Shown one piece after another: positions 11,846 to 22,047 of a stretch of DNA of 64,000 nt; the stretch's first letter is position 1; every line of letters begins with the position of its first letter. The DNA lies in NCBI GenBank assembly GCA_963727525.1, contig CAVSGO010000007.1, positions 864,001 through 928,000 of the forward strand, written 5' to 3'. Origin of the DNA: an uncultured bacterium (lineage in GTDB: Bacteria; Krumholzibacteriota; Krumholzibacteriia; LZORAL124-64-63). A program made the position numbers and the translations under genes. A model generated the notes under the pieces. It did no database searches. It was not told the origin of the DNA and was given only the letters and a program-made list of their open reading frames with translations.

Positions 11846-14289
11846 AGATCAGCCTGGACTGGTTGCGGGACCTCGTGACCTGGAACGCCTCGCCGGCGGA
11901 ACTTGCCGAACGCCTCACGTCGGCCGGGCTCAATGTCGAGCACGTCGCGGAGATCGCCCTGACCTTTCCCGGCGTCGTGGTGGCGCGGGTCGTGGCGTGC
12001 GAGCGGCATCCCGCTGCCGACCGTTTGAGTCTCTGCCGGGTCGACGCGGGTGGTGACGAGCCGGTGCAGGTCGTGTGCGGAGCGCCTAACGTCCGCGAGG
12101 GTCTGTCGGTGTACTTCGCGCAGGTCGGGGCGGTGCTGCCAGGTGACTTCCGCATCAAGAAGGCGAAGATCCGCGGTGTCGAGAGCCACGGCATGATCTG
12201 TTCCGAGAGCGAGCTGGGGCTGAGCGCGGAGTCGTCCGGGATCATGGAACTGCGGGATGCGCCGGCGCCGGGCACGTCCGCCGACACGCTGATCGGTTTC
12301 CGCGATACGGTGCTCGACATCGAGGTGACGCCCAATCGCCCCGATTGGCTGAGCCACATCGGCGTGGCGCGCGAGGTCGCGGCGCTCTATGGCACCAAGG
12401 TCACGTTGCCGCCGACATGGTCGCCGCAGCAGAGCGGCAGCCTGGGCTGGAAAGTGGAGGTTGCGAGCTTCGGCGACTGCCCGCGATACACGGCGCACGG
12501 GGCCGACGAGGTTGCGGTGGCGCCGTCGCCGCGCTGGATGCAGAACCGGCTGCGCGCCGTCGGGCAGCGGCCGATCAACAACGTCGTCGACATCACCAAC
12601 TACGTGCTGCTCGAACTGGGCCAGCCGTTGCACGCGTTCGACCGGGAGAAACTCCAGGGCGATACGCTACGGGTGCGGCGCGCCGGGACCAGGCAGACCG
12701 TGGTCACGCTCGATGACGTCTCGCGCGAGATCGACGCGGACGACCTCGTGATCGCCGACGCGAACGGTCCGGTGGCTCTGGCCGGGGTCATGGGCCTCGC
12801 GAACAGCGAAGTCACACCGGGGTCCACCTCGATCCTGCTGGAGAGCGCATTCTTCGCGCCCCTCCTGGTGCGGCGCACGAGCCGCCGGCTGAATCTCGTG
12901 AGCGAGTCGTCGTATCGATTCGAACGTGAGGCCGACTGGGACATGGTGCGTTTCGCGGCGCATCGTGCCCTCGCCCTGCTGCAGGATCTCGCCGGTGCCA
13001 CCATCGTCAGCGAGTGCGTCGACCGCGCCGATCCCGAGCGGCGTCCGCACCCCGACCTTCCGCTGCGCGTCAGCCAGGTGAACCGCGTACTCGGCACGGA
13101 CATCAGCGTGGAGGAGGCGGCCGGATTGGTCCAGCGCCTTGGCCTGAAGGTGCAGCCTCTCGGTGGATCGCGCGGCGCGAACGTGGTCAACATGATGGTC
13201 GCGGTACCGAGCTTCCGGCGCGACCTCGTGCAGGAAGTCGACCTCATCGAGGAGATCGCGCGCACGCATGGTCTCGATCGCGGTGCCGGCAAGGGGCGCG
13301 CGCGCGGCGGCAGCGGCGTGGCGCGACGGCTCGGCGACCGGGTCCAGGCGTACCTGCGCCACCACCTGGCCGCGGTCGGGTACCACGAGATCGTCACCTC
13401 GACGTTCTTCACGCGACGCGACCTCGAGGCGCTCGCGCTGCCGGCCGACGACGTGCGCAGCGAGTGCCTGGCCGTGCTCAGCCCGGATCACGGCGGCGAA
13501 ACGCTGCTGCGCTCGTCCCTCGTGCCCAGTTTCATCGACGTGGCGCGGCGCAATCTCAACGCCGGGGCGACGTCGCCCGTGCGCTTGTTCCAGATCAACC
13601 GCGTCTACTGGCCGCGGGGCGAGCGGCCGCACCCCAGGCGCCACGACGATGAGCGTCTTCTGCCGGAGGAGCCGCTCGTGCTGCAGCTCGGGCTGGCGGG
13701 AGACGTGGGGCCGGGTCTTGGCGACCTGCCCGGCGATCTCGTGGAGCTGAAGGGCCTGGTCGGGGAACTCGCCGCGGCGCTGCGCGTCGCCCTCGTGCTC
13801 GAGCCGACGGATGTGGAACCGTACCTGGTCGCGGGACAGCAGTGGGCCGTCCTCGACGGGGCGGGCCGTCGGGTGGGCACGGCCGGTCGGCTGGCCGCGT
13901 CCGTCACCGGCGCCCTGGATCTCGACCAGCCGGTGGCGCTCGCGGAGATCACGCTCTCGAGCCTCGATCTCACCCCCGCCACGACCACGTACCGAGCCTT
14001 CGTACGCTTCCCGGCAGTGAAGCGCGATCTGTCGCTCCTGGTGCCCGCAGGCGTGACCTACGCGCGCGTCGCGGCGGTGCTGCGCGAGTCGGGTGGCACG
14101 CTCCTGACGAACCTGGAACTCTTTGATATTTATCGAGGTAAGGGCCTTCCGCCGGACATGTCGGCCTATGGAATTCGCTTGAAGTTCCAGTCTGACAAGG
14201 GTAATTTGACGGGAGAGCGCGTGGACCAGACCCTGGCAGGGATGCTGGGGGCTCTGGGCGAGCAGCTCGGAGTGCAGCAACGCAGCTGA
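11842..14289 (+). CDS. pheT: Phenylalanine--tRNA ligase beta subunit
   Basis: VCGAPN, IRGVESHGMICS, TPNRPD, INNVVDITNYV, DLIEEIAR, C-terminal FDX-ACB domain. Confidence 0.98.
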   Translation: MKISLDWLRDLVTWNASPAELAERLTSAGLNVEHVAEIALTFPGVVVARVVACERHPAADRLSLCRVDAGGDEPVQVVCGAPNVREGLSVYFAQVGAVLPGDFRIKKAKIRGVESHGMICSESELGLSAESSGIMELRDAPAPGTSADTLIGFRDTVLDIEVTPNRPDWLSHIGVAREVAALYGTKVTLPPTWSPQQSGSLGWKVEVASFGDCPRYTAHGADEVAVAPSPRWMQNRLRAVGQRPINNVVDITNYVLLELGQPLHAFDREKLQGDTLRVRRAGTRQTVVTLDDVSREIDADDLVIADANGPVALAGVMGLANSEVTPGSTSILLESAFFAPLLVRRTSRRLNLVSESSYRFEREADWDMVRFAAHRALALLQDLAGATIVSECVDRADPERRPHPDLPLRVSQVNRVLGTDISVEEAAGLVQRLGLKVQPLGGSRGANVVNMMVAVPSFRRDLVQEVDLIEEIARTHGLDRGAGKGRARGGSGVARRLGDRVQAYLRHHLAAVGYHEIVTSTFFTRRDLEALALPADDVRSECLAVLSPDHGGETLLRSSLVPSFIDVARRNLNAGATSPVRLFQINRVYWPRGERPHPRRHDDERLLPEEPLVLQLGLAGDVGPGLGDLPGDLVELKGLVGELAAALRVALVLEPTDVEPYLVAGQQWAVLDGAGRRVGTAGRLAASVTGALDLDQPVALAEITLSSLDLTPATTTYRAFVRFPAVKRDLSLLVPAGVTYARVAAVLRESGGTLLTNLELFDIYRGKGLPPDMSAYGIRLKFQSDKGNLTGERVDQTLAGMLGALGEQLGVQQRS

Positions 14290-14330
14290 AGGTGCCGCGA
14301 CACGCGGCGAGCAAAGGGATTTGCGCCAGC

Positions 14331-14600
14331 ATGGACGACTCCATCGGCAGACTCGAGGGCAAGGTTCTCGAGGCCATCGCATTGATCCAGAACCTGCGGC
14401 AAGAGAACACGCAGCTCCGGGAACGGTGCCAGACGCAGGAAAGCAGCGCCGACGACTTGCGGGCGACCGTCGCTCGCCTTCAGCGCGAGCTCGGCGATGC
14501 GCAGCAGACCGCGGATCAGGTCACGCAGTTCGAGGAGAAGCGCAGGATCATCGAGGAGAAGGTCGGAGGCTTGCTGGAGAAGCTGGAAGCCATGGGCTAG
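14331..14600 (+). CDS. zapB: Cell division protein ZapB-like coiled-coil protein
   Basis: LEGKVLEAIALIQNLRQEN...KVGGLLEKL; lies between pheT and zapA. Confidence 0.75.
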   Translation: MDDSIGRLEGKVLEAIALIQNLRQENTQLRERCQTQESSADDLRATVARLQRELGDAQQTADQVTQFEEKRRIIEEKVGGLLEKLEAMG

Positions 14601-14668
14601 ACCAGCGCGCCCCGGGGACGGCACTCGTGGCGTTTACCAGCCGGGCGCAATGGAAGGGACCTGGGACG

Positions 14669-14977
14669 ATGTCCGATCCCGGCGTGATCACTGTTACCAT
14701 CTACGGACGCGAGTATTCGCTCCGGACCACGGAAGACCCGGCCTATCTGGCAGAGCTGGCTCGACGCGTGGATGCGCAGATGCGCGAGGCCGTGGCGGGG
14801 GGGGCGGATTCGTCCGCGCTCCGGGCCGCCGTGCTCGCGGCGCTCAACATGGCCGACGAGCTCGACCAGCAGAGACGGACGCTGGATGCCGATCGCGCGC
14901 GGGTCGGTGCCCGGACGGGGAAGTTGGAACGGATGCTCGCGGAAGAGGTTGGCAAGAACCACGTCGGGGGCGTATAA
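14669..14977 (+). CDS. zapA: Cell division protein ZapA
   Basis: VTIYGREYSL...VDAQMR..AVLAALNMADEL. Confidence 0.93.
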   Translation: MSDPGVITVTIYGREYSLRTTEDPAYLAELARRVDAQMREAVAGGADSSALRAAVLAALNMADELDQQRRTLDADRARVGARTGKLERMLAEEVGKNHVGGV

Positions 14978-14978
14978 T
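14949..14978 (+). promoter_or_regulatory. Sigma-70 promoter for 6S RNA
   Basis: TTGGCA-18 nt-TATAAT; the -10 box overlaps the zapA TAA stop. Confidence 0.6.
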
Positions 14979-14987
14979 GATCTTGAA

Positions 14988-15165
14988 GGTTCCCTGCTCG
15001 GACCGTGATGTGTCACACAAGTGAGCCAACACTCCGTAAATGGGATTCCGGAGTTTCGTCGATGAGGTCCCACCCTTGCGGGCGGAAGCCGAAGCGGCGG
15101 ACAGGAAACCCACCTGAGGCGACTAGGTTCAGTTGCTTCTGACGCACACGCCCTGGCGGGGAATC
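14988..15165 (+). ncRNA. ssrS: 6S RNA
   Basis: About 178 nt; ends pair (GGTTCCCTGCT / GGCGGGGAATC); central GAGCCAACAC..ACCCACC..GGTTCA segments; classic zapA-ssrS-rny position. Confidence 0.8.
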
Positions 15166-15220
15166 TTTGTGTCCGCCCGCCCGGTTCGCTCGGCCCTCCG
15201 CATACAGGAAAGGAGACGAC

Positions 15221-16783
15221 ATGGTGCCCACCACGGCATGGTTGGGGCTGGTCGTTGCGGCTTTGCTGGGCTGCGCCATCGGCTGGTTGGCCCATCGCTG
15301 GCGGATCTCGACGCAGCGGACACGCGCGCATCACGATCGCGATGTCATCCTCGCGGAGGCGCGCAAGGAGGCGGCGGACGTCGCCAAGGCCGCCAAGCTC
15401 GAAGCTCGCGAGGAAGTGGTCCAGGCGCGACAGCGCTTCGATACCGATACCGAGCGGGTGCGTCACGAGCACGCGCGGCGCACCGAGGCGCTCGACCAGC
15501 GTGACACGACGCTGGCCGAAAAGGCCGCATTCTTCGACAAGAAGGAGGCGCGCCTCGATCAGTTCGAACAGGATCTCAAGAAACAGTTCGCGGATCTCGC
15601 AGTGCGGCAGCGCGAGGTCGAGTCGCTCCAGCAGGAACAGGCTGCGAGGCTCGAGCAGGTCGCGGGGATGAGCGCCGAACAGGCTCGTGAAACCCTCGTG
15701 GCGAAGATGGTCGACTCCGCCCGCCTCGCGGCCGCGCGGCAGGTGAAACAAGTGCGCGATGACGCGGAGCGCACATCCAAGCGCGACGCGCAGAAGATCC
15801 TCAGCCTCGCGGTGCAACGCTACGCGGCCGAACATGTGGCCGAGGAGTCGGTCGCTGTCGTCGACCTTCCGAATGACGAGATGAAGGGCCGCATCATCGG
15901 CCGCGAGGGGCGCAACATCCGCGCCTTCGAGGTGGCGACCGGTGTCGATGTGATCATCGACGATACCCCGGAGGCGGTCATCATCTCGGCTTTCGATCCG
16001 GTGCGGCGCGAGATCGCGCACCAGTCGCTGCGCCGTCTGATCAAGGATGGCCGGATCCATCCCGGGCGCATCGAGGAAGTCGTGGCCAAGATCACGCAGG
16101 AAGTGCAGGAGCAACTGCGCGAACTCGGTGAACAGGCCTGCCTCGACGCCGGGATCCAGAACGTGCACACGGATCTGATCCCGTACATCGGGCGCCTGCA
16201 CTACCGCACGAGCTACGGCCAGAATCTCCTGGTGCACAGCCGCGAGGTGTCGGCGGTGGCCGGCGTGATCGCGGGCGAGCTGGGACTCGACGTGAAGCTG
16301 GCGCGTCGCTGCGGCTTCCTGCACGACATCGGCAAGGGCGTGGATCACGAGGTCGAGGGTCCGCACGCGGCGATCGGCGGCAAACTCCTGCGGAAGTTCG
16401 GGGAATCGGACATCGTGATCAACGCGGTCGAGGGTCATCACAACGACGTGGAACCGATCTCCGAGTACACGTACATCACGTCGGCGGCCGACGCGGCCTC
16501 GGCCTCGCGTCCGGGAGCCCGGCGCGAGAGTATCGAGTCGTACGTCAAGCGCCTGGAGAGTCTCGAGAAGATCGCGGAGAGTTTCGATGGCGTGGAGAAA
16601 TCATACGCGATCCAGGCTGGCCGCGAGATCCGCATCCTGGTGGACCATGCGCGCGTGAGCGATGCCGAGGCGGCCCTCCTCGCCGAGGAAGTGAGCCGCC
16701 GCGTGGAAGCGGAGCTGGAGTATCCGGGGCAGATCAAGGTGATGGTGATCCGGGAGACGCGCGCGACGGCGGTGGCGCGATGA
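15221..16783 (+). CDS. rny: Ribonuclease Y
   Basis: N-terminal TM helix and coiled coil, KH domain (MKGRIIGREGRNIR), HD domain (LHDIGK), SASRPGAR. Confidence 0.98.
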   Translation: MVPTTAWLGLVVAALLGCAIGWLAHRWRISTQRTRAHHDRDVILAEARKEAADVAKAAKLEAREEVVQARQRFDTDTERVRHEHARRTEALDQRDTTLAEKAAFFDKKEARLDQFEQDLKKQFADLAVRQREVESLQQEQAARLEQVAGMSAEQARETLVAKMVDSARLAAARQVKQVRDDAERTSKRDAQKILSLAVQRYAAEHVAEESVAVVDLPNDEMKGRIIGREGRNIRAFEVATGVDVIIDDTPEAVIISAFDPVRREIAHQSLRRLIKDGRIHPGRIEEVVAKITQEVQEQLRELGEQACLDAGIQNVHTDLIPYIGRLHYRTSYGQNLLVHSREVSAVAGVIAGELGLDVKLARRCGFLHDIGKGVDHEVEGPHAAIGGKLLRKFGESDIVINAVEGHHNDVEPISEYTYITSAADAASASRPGARRESIESYVKRLESLEKIAESFDGVEKSYAIQAGREIRILVDHARVSDAEAALLAEEVSRRVEAELEYPGQIKVMVIRETRATAVAR

Positions 16784-17658
16784 TCCTGCTGAAGGGGACG
16801 ACGGTTCGCGACGCGGTCCTGGCAGAACTGACGACGAAGGTGGCCGGCGCCGCGCGCAAGCCTGGCCTGGCGGTGATCCTGGTGGGCGACGACCCGGCCT
16901 CGGCCGTGTACGTGCGCAACAAGGAGAAAGGTTGCGACGCCGTCGGGTTCCACCACGAGACGCTGCGACTGCCGGCCGAATCGTCGGAAGCGGACGTCCT
17001 CGCGCTGGTGGCGCGCTTCAATGCCGACCCGCGCATCGACGGCATCCTCGTGCAGATGCCCCTTCCGCCGCAAATCGATAGCGACCACGTGCTCCAGACC
17101 GTGGATCCGCTCAAGGACGTCGACGGATTCCACCCTGAGAACCTCGGTCTGCTCGTCACGGGCCAGCCGCGCACCGTCGCGTGCACGCCGAAGGGCGTGT
17201 TGCGCCTGCTCGCACACTACGAGATCCCGGTCGCCGGCCGGCGCGTGGCGGTGGTGGGCCGCAGCGTGATCGTCGGCCGGCCGCTGTCGCTGCTGCTCAC
17301 GCTCAAGGGCGCGCTCGGCGACGCGACCGTCACGATGTGCCACTCGCGCACGCGCGACCTGGCGTCGGTGACTCGCGAGGCGGACATCGTCGTGGCGGCG
17401 ATCGGCGTGCCGCACGCTCTCGGCCGGGAGCATGTCGCGCGCGGCGCCACGGTGGTCGACGTCGGGATCAACCGCGTGGACGATCCGCAGGCGAAACGGG
17501 GTTACCGACTCGTGGGAGATGTCGATGCGGCTGCCATGGCGGACCATGCCGGGGCGCTGACCCCCGTGCCCGGGGGCGTGGGCCCGATGACCATCGCCAT
17601 GCTGCTGGAGAACACGTTCGAGGCGATGCTGCGACGCGAGGGAGCCGCGCGTGGTTGA
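16780..17658 (+). CDS. folD: Bifunctional methylenetetrahydrofolate dehydrogenase/cyclohydrolase
   Basis: YVRNK, KDVDGFHP, GRSVIVGRP, TPVPGGVGPMTIAML. Confidence 0.98.
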   Translation: MILLKGTTVRDAVLAELTTKVAGAARKPGLAVILVGDDPASAVYVRNKEKGCDAVGFHHETLRLPAESSEADVLALVARFNADPRIDGILVQMPLPPQIDSDHVLQTVDPLKDVDGFHPENLGLLVTGQPRTVACTPKGVLRLLAHYEIPVAGRRVAVVGRSVIVGRPLSLLLTLKGALGDATVTMCHSRTRDLASVTREADIVVAAIGVPHALGREHVARGATVVDVGINRVDDPQAKRGYRLVGDVDAAAMADHAGALTPVPGGVGPMTIAMLLENTFEAMLRREGAARG

Positions 17659-18559
17659 GGTTGACTGGCAGCGGGACCTCGCGCGCCAACGTCGGGAGTG
17701 CGAGACCGAGCTGCAACGGATCATGCGCGACCATCGCGGCGTGCCGCCACGCCTGCGGCAGGCGATGGCGCACAGCCTCTTCAGCGGTGGCAAGCGCCTG
17801 CGACCGGTCCTGGCTGCGTGGTGCTGCGATGCCTTCGCATCCCGTCGTCGTGACGCGGACGTTGCGCACCGGTTGGCTCTACTCGCCGGCGCAGCGCTCG
17901 AGATGATCCACACGTATTCGCTCATCCATGACGACCTGCCCGCGATGGACGACGATGTCCTGCGGCGCGGGCGTCCCACCTGCCACGTCGCGTTCGACGA
18001 GGCCACGGCGATCCTCGCGGGCGATGCTCTGCAAGCGCTGGCCTTCGAGGTCCTCGCCGGTGCGGGCAAACGCGCGGCCACGCTGGTGGCGTTGATCGCG
18101 CAGGCGGCCGGGCCGGCTGGCATGGCCGGGGGCCAGCACGACGATCTGCGTGCCGAGGGGCAGACCGTGACCGCCGCCGCGGTCCGTCGGATCCATCTGC
18201 GCAAGACCGCGGTCCTGATCGCGGCCAGCCTCGCCGCCGGCGCGGTCTGCGCCGGTGCGCCCAGTGCCCGGGTGGAGAGCGTGGCGAAAGCCGGCATCGA
18301 TCTCGGACTCGCTTTCCAGGGAGCCGACGATGTCCTCGACGTGACGGCGACGAGTGATCAGCTGGGCAAGAGCGCGGGCAAGGACGTAGCTGCCGGCAAG
18401 GCCACCCATATCCGGGTCGCCGGACTCGCCGCGGCGCAGGCGCGCGCACGCCGCGACGGTGAGCGAGGCTTGCATGCCCTGCGCGCTGCGGTGCCCGCGG
18501 GTGCGGCGGCCGAGCGGCTATTCCTGCTGGCGAACGCCATGTGGCAGCGTCAGCGCTGA
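17651..18559 (+). CDS. ispA: Polyprenyl (farnesyl/geranylgeranyl) diphosphate synthase
   Basis: GGKRLRP, SLIHDDLPAMDDDVLRRG (FARM), FQGADDVLD (SARM), GKSAGKD. Confidence 0.93.
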   Translation: MVEVDWQRDLARQRRECETELQRIMRDHRGVPPRLRQAMAHSLFSGGKRLRPVLAAWCCDAFASRRRDADVAHRLALLAGAALEMIHTYSLIHDDLPAMDDDVLRRGRPTCHVAFDEATAILAGDALQALAFEVLAGAGKRAATLVALIAQAAGPAGMAGGQHDDLRAEGQTVTAAAVRRIHLRKTAVLIAASLAAGAVCAGAPSARVESVAKAGIDLGLAFQGADDVLDVTATSDQLGKSAGKDVAAGKATHIRVAGLAAAQARARRDGERGLHALRAAVPAGAAAERLFLLANAMWQRQR

Positions 18560-18595
18560 GGCTCTTGCGCCCGGGCGGCGGCGAGGAGGTCACCC

Positions 18596-19045
18596 ATGCC
18601 AGCGAGTCCCCGTGGACTGGATATCTGGCTCGTGGTGCTGCTCTGCGCCGTGAGTTGCCAGTTTCTGAAGCTCCTCCTGTATTCCGCCGCGCAGAGGCGC
18701 CTGCACCTGGCCATTCTTGGCCAGAGCGCCGGGTTGCCCAGCCTGCACGCGGCGGTCGGCGCCTCGCTGCTGACCATGATGGTCATTCGGGCCGGTTGGC
18801 AGGCCGAGGAGACGGCGGTGGCGATGGTGCTGGCCGTGATCACGGTATTCGACGCGATCCGTGTGCGTGGCGCCACCCAGGCCCAGCGGCGGCTGGTGCA
18901 CGATCTGATCCTGCTCACCCCTGAGGCCGGGCCGCTGCGGCGCCAGGTAGTCGGATACCTTGATATCCTGGCCCACGCACCCGTACACGTCGTCGCCGGG
19001 ATCATCTGGGGGGCGCTTTTCGCAGTAGCTTTGGGGACGGCATAG
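18596..19045 (+). CDS. Divergent PAP2 (DUF212)-family membrane protein
   Basis: QFLK..., AGLPSLH (variant of GGMPSSH), FDAIRVR, LAHAPVHVVAG; typical position between ispA and dxs. Confidence 0.75.
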   Translation: MPASPRGLDIWLVVLLCAVSCQFLKLLLYSAAQRRLHLAILGQSAGLPSLHAAVGASLLTMMVIRAGWQAEETAVAMVLAVITVFDAIRVRGATQAQRRLVHDLILLTPEAGPLRRQVVGYLDILAHAPVHVVAGIIWGALFAVALGTA

Positions 19046-19133
19046 CGTTAGGTTTTTATGCAGACCGACTGCACGAACGGGCCAGAGGCCCGATCGGACG
19101 CGACGTGACCGGTTGACGAAAGGTCGACGAACC

Positions 19134-21059
19134 ATGGGTGCACTCCTTCCCGGGATCCGCCAGCCGCGAGATCTCCGGCGCCTGTCGCCGGATGAGCTCA
19201 CGCAGCTCTGTGCGGAGCTGCGGGAGGAGATCATCACCACCGTCGCCCGCACGGGTGGCCACCTAGGGGCGAGCCTCGGAGTCGTCGAACTGACGGTGGC
19301 TCTGCACCGCGTCTACGATTCGCCGCACGATAAGATCGTCTGGGACGTGGGGCATCAGGCCTACGGCCACAAGCTGCTCACCGGGCGCCAGGAGCGCTTC
19401 GGCACGCTGCGCCGCAAGGATGGTCTGGCGGGTTTCCCCAAGCGATCGGAGAGCGAGCACGACATGTTCGGCGTCGGGCATGCCAGCACGGCCGTGAGCG
19501 CCGCGCTCGGCTATGCTCGCGCCCGTGACGCCCTCGGCGAGAAACACCACGTGATCGCCGTGGTCGGCGATGGTGCGCTCACCGGCGGACTCGCCTTCGA
19601 GGGGCTGAACAACGCGGGGCAGGCGCAGACCGACCTCACCGTCATCCTCAACGACAACCGGATGAGCATCTCGCCTAACGTGGGCGCCCTGTCACGCTAC
19701 CTCACGCTCATCACCAGCGACCGCTACTACCGCCGATTCGAGGCAGATCTCTGGAATCTCCTGGGCATGGTGCCGCATGGCAGCACGGCGCAGGCTCTGG
19801 CCGGACGTATCAAGGAAGGTCTGAAGAACCTCATCGTCCCGACGATCCTCTTCGAGGACATGGGCTTCCAGTACTACGGCCCGATCGATGGCCACGACCT
19901 GCCCACCCTGATCCGCACCCTCGAGTCGATACGCCGCATCCGCGGCCCCGTGCTCGTGCACACGGTCACGGAAAAGGGCAAGGGGTACCGATTCGCCGAG
20001 CGCGACGACCAGCGCTACCACGGCGTCGGCAAATTCGACAAGGAAGAGGGCATCAAGGTCGTACCGCCGCGGATCCCGAGCTACACCCAGGTTTTCGGTG
20101 AGACCCTGGCCTCTCTCGCCCAGAGCGATACGCGTATCCAGGCCATCACGGCGGCGATGCCGTCGGGCACCGGCGTCAATAAGATGCAGCGAGTGCTGCC
20201 CGATCGCGCGTTCGATGTCGGCATCGCCGAGCAGCACGCCGTGACGTTCGCGGCCGGTCTCGCCTGCCGCGGGTTGCGCCCGGTGGTGGCGATCTACTCG
20301 ACGTTCCTGCAGCGCGCCCTCGACCAGATCATCCACGATGTCGCGTTGCAGCATTTGCCGGTGATCTTCTGCGTCGACCGCGCGGGTGTCGTGGGCGAGG
20401 ACGGACCGACCCATCACGGCGTCTTCGATCTCACGTATCTGCGTATGGTGCCGGGCATGGTCGTGATGGCCCCGAAGGACGAGAACGAGCTGCGCCACAT
20501 GCTCGCCACGGCGCTGGCGTACGACGACGGGCCTTGCGCCATCCGTTACCCGCGCGGCGCCGGGCTGGGTGTCGCGTGCGACGAGCCGCCGACACCATTG
20601 CCGCTGGGGCGCGCCGAGGTGCTGAGCGAGGGCGAGGACCTCTGCTTCCTCGCGCTCGGATCCCTCGTGGAACCGGCCCGGGAGGCGGCGGCCCTGCTGG
20701 CCCGCCAGGGCGTGCGCGCCGAGGTCGTGAACATGCGCTTCGTGAAGCCACTCGATGACGCGCTCCTCGCCGACGTCTGGCGGCGCCACCGCCTCGTGGT
20801 GACGCTCGAGGAGAACGCGCTGGCCGGAGGGTTCGGTGCGGCGGTGCTCGAGTGGGCGTCGCAGGAGACCCAGGTGTCCGGCCACGAGGCGGCCGAGCCG
20901 CGGGTAGTCCGCCTCGGCATTCCCGACGCGTTCCAGGACCAGGCCACGCGCGCCGAACTGCTTGCGGACCTGGGCCTCGACGCGGATGGGATCGCGGCAC
21001 GCGCCCTCGCAGCGTGGCAGCAACGCCACGCACGGGCCGACACGCAGGACGCCTGCTGA
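19134..21059 (+). CDS. dxs: 1-deoxy-D-xylulose-5-phosphate synthase
   Basis: GGHLGASLG, WDVGHQAYGHK, GDGALTGG, DVGIAEQHA, GEDGPTHHG. Confidence 0.99.
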   Translation: MGALLPGIRQPRDLRRLSPDELTQLCAELREEIITTVARTGGHLGASLGVVELTVALHRVYDSPHDKIVWDVGHQAYGHKLLTGRQERFGTLRRKDGLAGFPKRSESEHDMFGVGHASTAVSAALGYARARDALGEKHHVIAVVGDGALTGGLAFEGLNNAGQAQTDLTVILNDNRMSISPNVGALSRYLTLITSDRYYRRFEADLWNLLGMVPHGSTAQALAGRIKEGLKNLIVPTILFEDMGFQYYGPIDGHDLPTLIRTLESIRRIRGPVLVHTVTEKGKGYRFAERDDQRYHGVGKFDKEEGIKVVPPRIPSYTQVFGETLASLAQSDTRIQAITAAMPSGTGVNKMQRVLPDRAFDVGIAEQHAVTFAAGLACRGLRPVVAIYSTFLQRALDQIIHDVALQHLPVIFCVDRAGVVGEDGPTHHGVFDLTYLRMVPGMVVMAPKDENELRHMLATALAYDDGPCAIRYPRGAGLGVACDEPPTPLPLGRAEVLSEGEDLCFLALGSLVEPAREAAALLARQGVRAEVVNMRFVKPLDDALLADVWRRHRLVVTLEENALAGGFGAAVLEWASQETQVSGHEAAEPRVVRLGIPDAFQDQATRAELLADLGLDADGIAARALAAWQQRHARADTQDAC

Positions 21060-21078
21060 GAGGCGGAGGCAGGACGCG

Positions 21079-22047
21079 GTGACACCCCCCGGCGCGATCT
21101 CCAGTCTCGGACTATTCGGCAATCCGCACCGCGAGGACCTGGCGGCGGCGCTGCGCGCCATCCGCATGATCTGCGAAGAATCCGGTGTCACGCTGTATTA
21201 CGCGCGCGACCTCGTGGAGCACCTGGGCGAAACGCGGGTGACCGGACTGACGGCTGCCGAGCTGGTGGCGCGATCGGACATGATCATCGCCCTCGGGGGC
21301 GACGGCACGATGCTGCGCGCGGCGCGGGTCATCGGCGCGAGCGGGGTACCGCTGCTCGGCATCAATCTGGGTTCCCTGGGCTACCTCACCGACGTGCCGG
21401 TGCCGGAGTTGCCGCAAGCGTTGCGCCGGGTGCTCACCGGCGACTTCCACGTGGAGAAGCGTGCCCGCGTGGGTTGCGTGGTCTGGCGTGGCGCGCGGGT
21501 CGTGGTGGAAGACTCGGGGTTCAACGATGTAGTCGTCAACATGGGACCGCTGCCGCGCACGCTGGATCTCGAGCTACGTCTCGACGGCATCTCGCTGGGG
21601 CGCTTCCTCGGCGACGGCATCATCTTCGCGACTGCGACGGGCTCCACGGCCTACAGCCTGTCGGCGGGCGGCACGATCTGCCAGCCGCATCTGCCGGGGT
21701 TGCTCGTCACGCCGATCTGCCCGCACAGCCTGGGCGTGCGGCCGCTCATCCTCGGCGATGACGTGGATATCGAGCTGGTCCTGCACGATGTGGGCAATGG
21801 TGCCACGCTCACGGCAGACGGCCAGGTTTCGACGCCTCTGGTGACCGGCGATCGCGTGACGTGTCGCCTCACACCGCCGGTGGTGAACCTGATCAAGTTT
21901 CCCCAGAGCAACTTCTTCCGCGTGCTGCGGCATAAGTTGAACTGGGGTGCGCACCCGCGCGTGCGTCGCAGCAGCCGGCGCCACGATCCTGGAAATGTCG
22001 GTCCCGACGCCGGCGATCCCGACAGCGGCCCCGCGGACGGTGGCTGA
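21079..22047 (+). CDS. nadK: NAD(+) kinase
   Basis: LGGDGTML, GINLGSLGYL, ND, GSTAYSLSAGG. Confidence 0.96.
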   Translation: MTPPGAISSLGLFGNPHREDLAAALRAIRMICEESGVTLYYARDLVEHLGETRVTGLTAAELVARSDMIIALGGDGTMLRAARVIGASGVPLLGINLGSLGYLTDVPVPELPQALRRVLTGDFHVEKRARVGCVVWRGARVVVEDSGFNDVVVNMGPLPRTLDLELRLDGISLGRFLGDGIIFATATGSTAYSLSAGGTICQPHLPGLLVTPICPHSLGVRPLILGDDVDIELVLHDVGNGATLTADGQVSTPLVTGDRVTCRLTPPVVNLIKFPQSNFFRVLRHKLNWGAHPRVRRSSRRHDPGNVGPDAGDPDSGPADGG

